Assembly: GCF_006345805.1 (NCBI RefSeq)
Contig: NC_043005.1
Location: 56,110,001-56,174,000 of the forward strand
Source of the DNA: Octopus sinensis
Lineage: Eukaryota
Reading direction: 5' to 3'
Length of the DNA stretch: 64,000 nucleotides
Shown piece by piece: positions 51,691-63,754 of this stretch. Under the pieces are notes generated by a model that was given only the letters and a program-made list of their open reading frames with translations, ran no database searches and was not told the origin of the DNA. How positions within the stretch are numbered: the first letter of the stretch is position 1; the number at the start of each line of letters is the position of its first letter. Position numbers and translations under genes: made by a program.

Positions 51691-51759
51691 CTATTTCTGA
51701 GTTGATATTGAAACTTCTTTCTAAAATATCTGCATTCTCAGCTACGATATTGATTTTTC
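51691..51759 (-). CDS. Candidate exon of - gene (KINIVAENADILERSFNINSEI, phase 1 to 1)
   Basis: Long T tract upstream and donor TAG|GTATGG. Four possible acceptors give 69/51/39/30-nt exons, all in the same frame; phase matches 40924-40959. Confidence 0.35.
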
Positions 51760-52193
51760 CTTCATTTGTAGTTTGGGATATAAAGATAAAAAAATAAAAA
51801 AATTAGAAAATATAAAAATATCATTTGCTTTAATAGTACTTATACTGTATGTGCCTGTGTGTTGTGCATCTCTCTACTCCACTCTATCTATTCCTCTCTA
51901 TCAATTTATCTATCTATCTAATCATCTTTTTCTCTCACTCTACTTCTAACTGCACATATTCATTGCTCACTCACTGACTAAAACATGAATTCACACAAAA
52001 GAAGATTAATTTGTACACATACATTCTCCCAAGCTCTTTATCTATCTGTCTTTCTTTCTCTCTCCCATTTTGTATATGTCTCTCTCCTCTGTATCTTAAT
52101 CTTTCTTTCTCTGGTTGTCTTTTTCCCTCCCTGTCGGTCTCTCTCTCATATGTGCATGAATGTATATATATATATATATATATGTATGTATAT

Positions 52194-52224
<31 letters not shown>

Positions 52225-53799
52225 TATACACACACCATATATATAAAATGAGAATATATTTTTTCAATAAAATTTATATATTGAACTTTCATGGTTTTGC
52301 ATATATATATTTATGTGTGTGTGTCTGTGTGTGTGTGTGTGTGCGTGCATGCGTGCGTGTGTGTGTATATACACACACTCACACACATTGAAATTCTAAT
52401 ACATTTTCTCAGTTTATATCTTATAAAGTTTAATATTGATTTTTGTTCTGCCTTGTAAATAGATTTAAATCTGTTAATTCCTCGTATCAAACGGTAATTT
52501 CAGATATTACTAATCTTTTTATACACTGCTTTACAAGAAAAATGGCAATATAAATTGCATTACTGGAAAATTATATATTATTTCCTTTAAAACGTTAAGA
52601 GAAAACTAATATTTGAAGTATGTATAATGATGAACATATAAATATTAATGATAGTTGCTGCTTAAATCATTAGCCTTCTTATTGTTTTGATGAGCATTTA
52701 AAATTTTCCTTTTCCCTATGTTTGGTTTTATCTTAGTACTCTTTATTTTCATTTTTAGGCATGTCACCTTTTACATTACGCACCATAAGTTGGTTAATAT
52801 ATTGTGAACTTCGGCTGAATATTTTTGCACATGCGTCAATGTTTGTCACGACATGGCTTAGTGGCTAGGGTATTCAGCTCATGATTGTAAGATTGTGTGT
52901 TCGATATCCGGAAGCACATTGTGTCCTTGAGCAAGACACTTTATTTCACATTGCTCCAGTCCACTTGGCTGGCAAAAATGAGCAGTTCCTGTGCTTCAAA
53001 GTGACCAGCCTTGTCACATCCTGGGTCATGCTGAATCTCCTTGAGAACTACACTTGTATTTGGAGTACTGAGACACTTGCACATTAATTTCAAGAGGAGG
53101 CCGTTCCATTGATTAGACCAACTGGAACCCTTATCATTGTAACTGACAGAGTCCCAGTTTCTTTCTTATTTAGCTCCAGTTTAAAACTCCTCTAACTATT
53201 CTGTGATCAAAGGTGTTCCTAACATGCCCATCCTCTTTTTCTTACTGTTTAAAGATGGTGTATACATTATGCATTTTTCGGCATTGAGGAAAAAGTTGTA
53301 ACCAAGACCTATTTTGCAGTCACTTGGCAATAGGTGGAATTCTCATGGTTAATTTTCCTCTGTGCTCTTCTTTCTTTTTAGTGTGGGCTGGGTGTGATTT
53401 GAAGGAGACTTGGCAACAAATTTTAGCTGTTATAGTCATATGTGGTAGACGTCATAGAAGCAGTTGTTGGTGTAGAACTACTATTAGTTGTTGTTTAGTT
53501 CTGATCTAACAGATTTATCATCAAAAGGTGTTCCAGATATGACCATCTCATCATCTTTGTTCTTTTTTTTTATTCATACATAGTGTACCTTAGGCCATAT
53601 TATTTAATATGCATTTCTGTTGTTTTAAAACACTAGAGTATGGGTTAGGGATGATTTGGTTGCTCTTTCTAGCAGGTTGAGCAACCGTGTAGTAACTCCT
53701 TCACTGGATTATAAGTTTTGTAATTTTTCCTTGGTTAAGACATTTACAATGAGCGCATCTAGTTGAATGCAGGTACTATTTAATCATATGATTCAATTC

Positions 53800-53940
53800 T
53801 GGTGTTAGGATGGGCATCCAGTTGTAAAAATCATGCCAAAACAGACAGTGAAACTTGGTGCATTCCTCTGGCTTATCAGTTCCTGTTAAACCATCCAACC
53901 CATGCCAGCATGGAAGACAGAGGTTAAATGATGATGATGA
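53800..53940 (+). mobile_element. RTE 3'-tail element
   Basis: ggtgttaggatgggcatccagttgtaaaaa..ccatgccagcatggaagacagaggttaaatgatgatg. Confidence 0.75.
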
Positions 53941-54017
53941 AATAATACTGCTACTACCACTGGAGTGGTAGTAACAGTGTATCAGTTCTGAGGGTGTGCA
54001 TTGATTTACAATTCTGT

Positions 54018-55439
54018 TACAGGGGCATCAAGCTGTTGGATCAGGTAATGAAGGTTACGGAGAGGGTTATAGCCCAGTTAATTAGAGAGAGAGTTAGCTT
54101 AGATGATATGCAGTTTGGGTTCGTGCCAGGGAAAAGTACTACTGATGCTATATTCCTGGTAAGACAGCTGCAGGAGAAATACCTAGCCAAAGGTAAGCCC
54201 TTGTACCTGGCTTTTGTTGACTTAGAGAAAGCCTTTGACAGGGTCCCCCGATCCCTTATCTGGTGGTCAATGAGGAAACTAGGGATAGATGAATGGTTAG
54301 TGAGAGCTGTGCGAGCCATGTACAGAGACGCAGCTAGTAAGGTGAGGGTTGGCAACGAGTACAGTGAAGAATTCCGGGTAGAGGTTGGGGTCCACCAAGG
54401 TTCAGTCCTCAGCCCCCTCCTATTTATCATAGTCCTCCAGGCAATAACGGAAGAATTTAAGACAGGATGCCCCTGGGAGCTCCTATATGCTGATGACCTT
54501 GCTCTAATTGCTGAGTCACTATCAGAACTGGAGGAGAAGTTTCAGGTGTGGAAACAAGGATTAGAATCGAAGGGCCTTAGAATCAACCTAGCCAAAACCA
54601 AAGTCCTAATAAGTAGGAAGGTGGACCAACCACAAACGACTTCAGGTAGATGGCCCTGCTTGATCTGTAAAAAAGGTGTAGGTAGAAACTCTATAAGGTG
54701 CACCAAGTGTAAGCTATGGACACATAAGAGGTGCAGCAATGTCAAAGGAAGGCTAACTAAGAAAATAGTTTTTGTCTGTGGCAGATGCTCAGGAGAAATA
54801 AACACTGGAAATGTGCAGAGACCAACTTCTACCACGTTCCAGGGAGACAAACTAGAAGTAGTTGATAGCTTCCGCTACCTAGGAGACCAAGTCAGTAGCG
54901 GGGGTGGGTGTGCTGAAAGTGTAACTGCTAGAGTAAGAATAGCCTGGGCAAAGTTTAGAGAGCTCTTACCCCTGCTGGTGACAAAAGGCCTCTCACTAAG
55001 AGTAAAAGGCAGACTATATGATGCGTGTGTACGTACAGCCATGCTACATGGTAGTGAAACATGGGCCGTGACAGCTGAGGATATGCGTAAGCTTGCAAGA
55101 AATGAAGCCAGTATGCTCCGATGGATGTGTAATGTCAGTGTTCATAATCGTCAGAGTGTAAGTACTTTGAGAGAAAAGTTGAACCTAAGAAGTGTCAGTT
55201 GTGGTGTGCAAGAGAGACGGCTGCGCTGGTATGGTCATGTGACGAGAATGGCTGAAGATAGTTGTGTGCAAAAGTGCTACACCCTAGCAGTTGAGGGAAC
55301 CTGTGGAAGAGGTAGACCCAGGAAAACCTGGGACGAGGTGGTGAAGCACGACCTTCGAACTTTAGGTCTCACCAAGGAAATGACTGAAGACCGAGTCCTA
55401 TGGAAGTGTGCTGTGCATGAGAGGACCCGGCAGGACTAG
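54018..55439 (+). CDS. RTE-clade LINE reverse transcriptase ORF, 5'-truncated and uninterrupted, with embedded PHD-like finger
   Basis: YRGIKLL, QFGFVPGKSTTDAIF, AFVDLEKAFDRV, GVHQGSVLSPLLF, LLYADDL, FRYLG, RRLRWYGHV and GRPRKTW motifs. Confidence 0.95.
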   Translation, partial: YRGIKLLDQVMKVTERVIAQLIRERVSLDDMQFGFVPGKSTTDAIFLVRQLQEKYLAKGKPLYLAFVDLEKAFDRVPRSLIWWSMRKLGIDEWLVRAVRAMYRDAASKVRVGNEYSEEFRVEVGVHQGSVLSPLLFIIVLQAITEEFKTGCPWELLYADDLALIAESLSELEEKFQVWKQGLESKGLRINLAKTKVLISRKVDQPQTTSGRWPCLICKKGVGRNSIRCTKCKLWTHKRCSNVKGRLTKKIVFVCGRCSGEINTGNVQRPTSTTFQGDKLEVVDSFRYLGDQVSSGGGCAESVTARVRIAWAKFRELLPLLVTKGLSLRVKGRLYDACVRTAMLHGSETWAVTAEDMRKLARNEASMLRWMCNVSVHNRQSVSTLREKLNLRSVSCGVQERRLRWYGHVTRMAEDSCVQKCYTLAVEGTCGRGRPRKTWDEVVKHDLRTLGLTKEMTEDRVLWKCAVHERTRQD

Positions 55440-57989
55440 TCAGGCCATATCCCGTGGCCCCTACCTGGGACGTAGTCGATCCACCTGTGCATACCTTCCT
55501 TCTTGTGACACTTGTGAAGACCTGCTGAGGCAAGTGAAAATCAATCAAAATAGATGAACATCAATGGAATTTGTATCTTTGTGGTACCAGTGCCTGTGGC
55601 ACACAAGAAAACCATCCGAACGTGGCCGTAGCCAGTCCCGCATCGACTGGCCTCCGTGCTGTGGGAACATGGTGGCACATAAAAACACCATCCGAAGACC
55701 CGGCAAGACTAGTCAGGTCATAACCCGTGGGCCCTACCTGGGACGTAGTCAGTCCACCTGTACATACCTTCCTTCTTGTGACACTTGTGAAGACCTGCTG
55801 AGGCAAGTGAAAATCAAATCAAATCAAAACAAATCAAAATAGATGAACATCAATGGAATTTGTATCCTTGTGGTACCAGTGCCGGTGGCACACAAGAATC
55901 CATCCGAACGTGGCCGTAGTCAGTACCGCTTGTGGTACCAGTGCCGGTGGCACACAAGAATCCATCCGAACGTGGCCGTAGTCAGTACCGCATCACTCGC
56001 CATCGTGCTGTGGGCACATAACAAACACCATCCGGTCGTGGCCGTTCGCCAGCCTCATCTAGCACCTGTGTCGGTGGCACATAAAAAGTAGTCAGTACCG
56101 CTTGTGGTACCAGTGCCGGTGGCACACAAGAATCCATCCGAACATGGCCGTAGTCAGTACTGCATCACTGGCCATCGTGCTGTGGGCACATAACAAACAC
56201 CATCCGGTCGTGGCCGTTCGCCAGCCTCATCTAGCACCTGTGTCGGTGGCACATAAAAACACCTTCCGAAGACCCGGCAAGACTAGTCAGGCCATAAACC
56301 ATGGCCCCTACCTGGGATGTAGTCAGTCCACCTGTGCATACCTTCCTCCTTGTGATACTTGTGAAGGCCTGTTAAGGCAAGTGAAAATCAAAATCAAAAT
56401 CAAATCAAAACAAATCAAAATAGATGAACATCAATGGAATTTGTATCTTTGTGGTACCAGTGCCGGTGGCACACAAGAGAAAACCATCCGAAAGTGGCCG
56501 TAGCCAGTACCGCATCGACTGGCCTCCGTGCTGTGGGCACATGACAAACACCATCCGATCGTGGCCGTTCGCCAGCCTCATCTAGCACCTGTGTCGGTGG
56601 CACATAAAAACACCATCCGAAGACCCGGCAAGACTAGTCAGGCCATAACCCATGGCCCCTACCTGGGACGTAGTCAGTCCACCTGTGCATACCTTCCTTC
56701 TTGTGACACTTGTGAAGACCTGTTGAGGCAAGTGAAAATCAAATCAAAACAAATCAAAATAGATGAACATCAATGGAATCTGTATCTTTGTGGTACCAGT
56801 GCCGGTGGCACACAAGAGAACCATCCGAACGTGGCCGTAGCCAGTTCCGCATCGACCGGCCTCCGTGCTGTGGGCACGTAACAAACACCATCCGATCATG
56901 GCCGTTCGCCAGCCTCATCTGGCACCTGTGTCGGTGGCACATAAAAACACCTTCCGAAGACCCGGCAAGTCTAGTCAGTCCACCTGTGCATACCTTCCTT
57001 CTTGTGACACTTGTGAAGACCGGTTGAGGCAAGTGAAAATCAAATCAAATCAAATAGACAAAATAGATGAACATCAATGGAATTTGTATCTTGTGGTACC
57101 AGTGCCTGTGGCACACAAGAAATCCATCAGTGCCGTAGTCAGTGCGGTGGGCACATGACAAACACCATCCGATCGTGGCCGTTCACCAGCCTCATCTAGC
57201 ACCTGTGTCGGTGGCACATAAAAACACCATCCGAAGACCCAGCAAGACTAGTCAGGCCATAACCCATGGCCCCTACCTGGGACGTAGTCAGTCCACCTGT
57301 GCATACCTTCCTTCTTGTGACACTTGTGAAGACCTGTTGAGACAAGTGAAAATCAAAACAAATCAAAATAGATGAACATCAATGGAATTTGTATCTTTGT
57401 GGTACCAGTGCCGGTGGCACGTGGCACATAAGAAAACCATCCGAACGTGGCCGTAGCCAGTACCGCATCGACTGGCCTCCGTGCTGTGGGCACGTAACAA
57501 GCACCATCCGATCGTGGCCGTTTGCCAGCCTCATCTGGCACCTGTGTCGGTGGCACATAAAAACACCATCCGAGCGTGGCCGTCTGCCAGCCTCGTCTGG
57601 TACCTGTGTCGGTGGCACATAAAAACACCATCCGAGCGTGGCCGTCTGCCAGCCTCGTCTGGCACCTGTGTCGGTGGCACATAAAAAAAAACACCATCCG
57701 AGCGTGGCCGTCTGCCAGCCTCGTCTGGCACCTGTGTCGGTGGCACATAAAAAACACCATCCGAGCGTGGCCGTTTGCCAGCCTCGTCTGGCACCTGTGT
57801 CGGTGGCACATAAAATCACCCACTACACTCTCGGAGTGGTTGGCGTTAGGAAGGGCATCCAGCTGTAGAAACACTGCCAGATCTGACTGGACTGGTGCAG
57901 CTTTCGGGCTCCCCAGACCCCAGTTGAACCGTCCAACCCATGCTAGCATGGAAAGCGGACGTTAAATGATGATGATGATGATGATGATG
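54018..57989 (+). mobile_element. RTE LINE with tandemly amplified 3' UTR and (GAT)n tail
   Basis: The ORF-end motif gactagtcag recurs at ~55434, 55707, 56281, 56632, ~56970 and 57246. A 62-bp unit repeats ~4-5 times at 57500-57810. Terminal tail 57820-57989. Confidence 0.9.
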
Positions 57990-58616
57990 CTCAAATTCTA
58001 AGGATTAAGCTAAGAAAGAAATAGATTCAATCAACTAGGTTTATTTGCCTCAGTACATCATATAAAAATCAAGGTTCTCCATCACATCCTTCTATTACAT
58101 TGAGCTGCTGTTTCACTAAAAAAACTACTGAAATTATTCAAGTGAGATTCTAGTATATCAAACTAGCCAAATGAGAATTTAACTTTACGAAACGTTCCTC
58201 TATTTATCTTGTTCTTTGGCATCAATTCAAATTTATTTGCTCTTGGTGATTCCAGTTTGTGTTTTTCACCATCGTTTTAATTTTGACTAGATTGAGCCTC
58301 TACATGTTTGGTTGAATGAGCAATCAGAAAAAAACATTGAAACTATACTCTACTGTCTTAGGAAAGGATACAGTAGGTAGTGTGGTGTGAGGTACATGAT
58401 ATGTTTGTTCAGTTAGGACTGACTCATGACTGAACAACAACTACTAATAGTGTTTTGTATTTTCTCTACTAATTCTTGGTTATTGTAATAGACATGATTA
58501 TTCTTATCTATCTATATATATATATTTATAAATAAGGATAATATCGATATTTAAATATCAATATTATCAAGTGGCCAGCATGGGAAAAATACCATACAAA
58601 GGAAATAATTTTTTAC

Positions 58617-58759
58617 AACTAAAAATAAGGGTGTCTGAGAGACACCACCATGCCAAAATAGCAGTCAAATCCCTGACTCTAAAAACGTGGTTTATAGATT
58701 CAGGGATTTGACTGCTACTTCGGCATGGTGGTGTCTCTCAGACACCCTTATTTTTAGTT
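58617..58759. repeat. 143-bp near-perfect hairpin (MITE-like, TA-flanked)
   Basis: aactaaaaataagggtgtctgagagacaccaccatgcc...ccctga and its reverse complement. Confidence 0.85.
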
Positions 58760-58929
58760 ATATATATATATATATATATATATTTATAAGACTACAAATT
58801 TGAGAGAAGAGAATGGTTGATTTAATTAACTGCCATTATTTGACTGATTCTCATTTTCTCAACTCCTGGAAGAATAAGCAGGTAGAATTGAATCCAGTAG
58901 AATTTTAAACCCAAGGCAAAAAGAAATAT

Positions 58930-59230
58930 ATTGGCCCCTGTACTTATTTTATCTTTTTGAGCCTGGTGCTTACTCTGTCAGTCTCTTTTACTAAACTGGT
59001 AAGTTACAGGGATGTAAACACATCAACACTGGTTGTCAAGTGGTGGTAGGGGACAGGCACACACACACACGTCTGTGTGTGTTTGATGGGCTTCTTTCAG
59101 TTTCCATCTACCAAAGGTCATCCCCAGGCTATAATGGAAGACATTTGCCCAGGATGTCACAGTGGGAATGAACCCAGAACCATGAGGATGGCAAGCAAGC
59201 TTCTTACCACACGGCCATGCCTGCACCTGT
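58930..59230 (-). mobile_element. CORE-type SINE
   Basis: Tail aagttacagggatgtaaacac..caacactggttgtcaag; head gggcttctttcagtttccatctaccaaa..aagcttcttaccacacggcc. Confidence 0.7.
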
Positions 59231-59776
59231 CTTTTTCCTTTCTTCTTTCCTTTTTTTTTTCTAGGCTGCAGTAATAATGTCTCTGGGCATTTTTAAAAGA
59301 GTAAGAGTAATTTTAGGTGTTTTTGGCTGCAAATTTTGGCAAGTTTGAGCAAATACACAAATGTTCTGTCATTGGCTCAAAATCAAGCTGCTACAATTAT
59401 AAGGTATTAAGTTCTGCATCATAATTTTTTTTGCCAACTGCCCTGTCCGTATTATGTATGAAATATTGATTGATTGAAGGTGTAATTAATCTAAGATGTT
59501 TTACTGTTATGATGAGTGTTTACTTTAAACTACCAAACTAAGCAGTTTAAAACTAAATCCAGTTTTTATTTTGCTATCTGATTACCAAACTTCAGGCAGG
59601 GTTTTGCATAAAATGTTGTGAAAAGACAAGTAGATAAAATATAGAACAAATTTTTCTTGCTTTCATTTATTTATCCTGTACTAAATATAGAAGAATTAAA
59701 TTTGGGACTTTATAATTGAGTAGTGAACTTTTTACCATTTAGCCATCCCTCTTTTTACCATTAGCATTAACCTCCG

Positions 59777-60912
59777 AAAATCTGCAGAAAACAATTTCTG
59801 TCACTTTCCAGGGGGAAAAACTAGAAGTAGTTGATAGCTTCCGTTATCTAGGTGACCAAGTCAGTAGTGGGGGTGGGTGCGCTGAAAGTGTAACTGCTAG
59901 AATAAGAATAGCCTGGGCAAAGTTTAGGGAGCTCTTACCTCTGCTGGTGACTAAAGGCCTCTCGCTCAGAGTAAAAGGCAGACTGTATAATGCATGTGTA
60001 CGAACAGCCATGCTACATGGCAGTGAAACATGGGCCGTGACTGCTGAGGACATGCGTAAGCTCGTGAGGAATGAAGCCAGTATGCTCCGATGGATGTGTA
60101 ATGTCAGTGTACATACTCGACAGAGCGTTAGTACCTTGAGAGAAATGTTGTACCTAAGAAGCATCAGTTGTGGTGTGCAAGAAAGACAATTGCGCTGGTA
60201 TGGTCATGTGGCGAGAATGGATGAAGATAGGTGTGTGAGAAAGTGCCAATCCCTAGCAGTTGAGGGAACCCGTGGAAGAGGTAGACCCAGGAAAACCTGG
60301 GACAAGGTGGTGAAGCACGACCTTCGAACTTTAGGCCTCACTGAGGAAATGACCAGCGACCGAGACCTTTGGAAATATGCTGTACGTGAGAAGACCAGGC
60401 AGGACAAGTGAGCCCAGCCCACTTATGCATGCCTTTCCTCCCTTGGACACAAAGACCTGTTGAGGCAAGCGAAGTCGATATAGAACTTCATCCGACGACA
60501 GGCACCCATGCCAACCCCCTTTGCTTGCGAAGACATGTTGGGGCAAGTGAAATTGAAATCGAAATTGAATTGAACCAGCCAGGACCCCTGGACTGGTGGT
60601 ATGTAAAAAGCACTATCCGACTCATGGCCGATGCCAGCACCGCCTCGACTGGCTTCCGTGCCGGTGGCACGTAAAATGCACCAATCCGACCGTGGCCGTT
60701 GCCAGCCTCGCCTGGCACCTGTGCAGGTGGCACGTAAAAAGCACCCACTACACTTACGGAGTGGTTGGCGTTAGGAAGGGCATCCAGCTGTAGAAACATT
60801 GCCAGATAAGACTGGAGCCTGGGGCAGCCTTCTGGCTTCCCAGATCCCCAGTCGAACCGTCCAACCCATGCTAGCATGGAGAACGGATGTTAAACGATGA
60901 TGATGGTGATGT
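59777..60912 (+). mobile_element. Second, more truncated RTE copy (RT C-terminus to TGA 60411) with a different 3' UTR
   Basis: Close match to 54810-55430 (FRYLG..KGLSLRVKGRLY..GRPRKTW); ends with the same terminal tail and (gat)n. Confidence 0.92.
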
Positions 60913-61349
60913 GTGTGTATACTGCAGTGTGTTCATACTGCATACAAACACACATATGCATATGTATGTATTTGTGTGTAATATATATGTATATGTGCAG
61001 ATATGTGAGTATACATTCACCCCCACCAAAACAGGTTGAGATTCTGTCCTAGCAGATCCAGCAAATGTCTAAAACTGTGATTTATCTACTGCACCAACCA
61101 TCTTCCACCTGACAGATGAAATAAACACAACTTCTTCTATAATTGAAGAAACTCTAAAGATCAAAGATAAGAAAACTTCTCAGAAGAAAAGTGTGGAATT
61201 ATTTGTAAATTTACTTAAAAAAAAAGAAAATTGTTGCAAACTTTGAAAGGTGCCATGATCAAAGACAGTAATCTAAGAATAGAAATGTAATTGAAAAGAA
61301 AGAATATTATAATCATAGATTTGAATTTAAAAAAAAACATTATCATCAT

Positions 61350-61790
61350 AGGCACAAGGTTGACTGTGTGGTAAGAAGTTTGATTCCCAACCATATTGTT
61401 CTGGGTTCAGTCCCACTGTGTGGCACCCTGGGCAAGTGTCTTCTATAATAGCCTTAGGCCAACCAAAGCCTTGTAAGTGGATTTGGTAGGCAGAATCTGA
61501 AAGAATCCCATTGTATATATGTATATATTTATATGTGTATATGTGTATGTATATATGTGTGCTTGTATGTGTGCATGTATACATATGTATGTGTGTGTGT
61601 GTATCTTTGTGTCTCTCTGTCTCCCCGTCACTGCTTAGCAACAGGTGTCGGTGTGTTTACATGCCTGTAATTTAGCAGTCAGCAAAAGGGATTGGTAGAA
61701 TAAGTACCAAGCTTTAAAAAAGATAAGTTCTTCAAGGTGGTGCCCCCAGCATGGCCATGGTTTAATGACTGGAAACAAATAATAAATAAA
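61350..61790 (+). mobile_element. Full-length CORE-type SINE
   Basis: tgactgtgtggtaagaagtt..gggttcagtcccactgtgtggcaccctgggcaagtgtc..(TG)n..gccccagcatggcc..gactggaaacaaat. Confidence 0.75.
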
Positions 61791-62329
61791 AGAGTGTTAC
61801 AATGATCAGCATTCCTTCTCATCCTATTGGTATATTAGGTTCAATGTTATTGACTGTCTGTCTTCTCCTTCCTGAAAAGTGTGACCATGTAATTTTGTTA
61901 GAAATCATCATCATTTAACGTTGGTCTTCCATGCTAGCATTCTTCAACCCCGTACACATCTCACCCTCTTCATACACTGTGCCTACCGCTCTTCTTCATC
62001 CATCCCTGCAACCTCCCCACCCGAATGACATCTCTCTTTCACCCCTATGTTTCCTTTATTATAATTTCTATTCTGCCTCCTTGTACTATCAGACATCCCT
62101 TACTTCACACATTCTCACCTCTCTCACCCACCCACTATTCCAAAATGTGAGTAGTCATGGTGTTCCTCAACAGCAAGAAACTTGTTCTGCTATGGGTTTT
62201 TTTTTCTCTCTCTCTCTCTCTCTCTCTCATTTTACCCACCTCATTGTGCTTGGAGGATAAGAAGTATCTTACCCTCCAAGCTTTTCCTCCCTCAGACTTC
62301 ATAATCTTGTAAGCTTTATAGCAAACTCA

Positions 62330-62515
62330 CTAGTGCTGGTGATGTGTAAAAAAGCACCCAATACATGCTATAAAATGGTTGGCATTAGAAAAGACATCCA
62401 GCCATAAAAACTATGCCAAAGCAGACACTAGAGCAGAATGTAGTCCTGAGACCTTTCAACTGTCAAACTGTCCAACCCATGTTAGCATGGAATATGGTCA
62501 TTAAATAATGATGAT
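62330..62515 (+). mobile_element. RTE 3'-tail element
   Basis: aaaagcacccaatac..ggcattagaaaagacatccagcc..ccaacccatgttagcatgg..taaataatgatgatg. Confidence 0.7.
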
Positions 62516-63754
62516 GTGTATCCAGTTTATAGAAAAGTTGTGCTATATCCTTATATATTGAAAGAGATGGCCAAAAGGGTTGTCATTAAGAAAGACATCA
62601 AAAAATGCCTCATCCAATCCATGGGAAGTAAATGTAAAAGCTATGATAATAAACAACAATGTGTGTATGTGTGTGTGTGGATGTATTTATGGATTTGAGT
62701 GTGTCTGTATCTTTGTGATCTAACATAATTAATAGATAAAAAAAAAAGAAGAAATATCCTTCTTCTCCAGTTTTGAATTGAACAACCAAAACTAAAAGAG
62801 GAACTGCAAAAGATGAGCAACAATGACTTAAACATACACATGGAAGACTTTTAATTTGTTGAAGGATTTCAAAAACTCTTAGCATGCTTGTCTCAGAAAG
62901 CTTAAATTTCATTTTTGTATAGTGTTTCCTTATTCTTGTGAAATTTATTTTGATAAAATTTTACCAGTTAAAAGTTTAGAGAACTTCTATTCAAAGTCAA
63001 TTTTTTCACATAATGTACTATGGCTTAATGTCAAAATTAGTTTCACAATTCACATTTTAAGATGCAAAATTTTTGCAAGTATAGATAGTGCTAAACTGTA
63101 TTGTTCATATAAGATGCTACACTGATCTACTATTTCAGTTTGTAACAGTAGTTTATTTTTCCAGTTTCACTCAATGCAGCTCTGATAAATGTTAAATAAA
63201 GTTCATTAGTTGCATCTGTGTATATGGTACGTAATTCCTTTGTGTAATACTTTTAACAACTAGGTGCCATTAAAAAATGCAATTTTGATGTATCATACTT
63301 GTTAAGAATTTTTTTTTATTTCATTGTTACTTCTCACAAACTACTGTTTGGCTGAAAGGGATATACATTCAAAGGTTCCTCTCTATCATTGATTAATTTA
63401 TATATTTCCATGTAAGATTCTCTTCACAGCACTTATATGTAGAACCAGTTGTAAGTTTCACTAAAGATAGTCAATGTTGGGAGGTAATTCTTCAGTAGCG
63501 TGACAACATGCTAAATAGAAAGGGTGACAGATGCATTCTCTGATAATCAAGTTTGGAATCTTTTATTTCATTAATGTGTAGAGAGAATTATTCCCACATC
63601 ATTCAAGAACTTTAACATGACTTGATGCAACACTACAGTAATAGCTTTTAACTTTAAAAACTATGATGTGGTTTTATTTTGTCATCTATTGTAATATCTA
63701 TCACATCTGCACATAGATGCTTTCCACAAGCAATATCAGTCGACTACCAAAGTC

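Noticed and set aside
55440-57965. CRISPR-like appearance of repeated units and their many ORFs
   Set aside because: Eukaryotic context, tandem units with no unique spacers and no cas genes; the units are RTE 3' UTR copies.
32387-63450. + strand exon-like pieces at 32387-32447, 32513-32557, 35198-35237, 59265-59300 and 63430-63450
   Set aside because: Good splice sites, but they do not chain in phase with each other or with the upstream + exons. They show how often pseudo-exons arise by chance, though a further + gene cannot be excluded.
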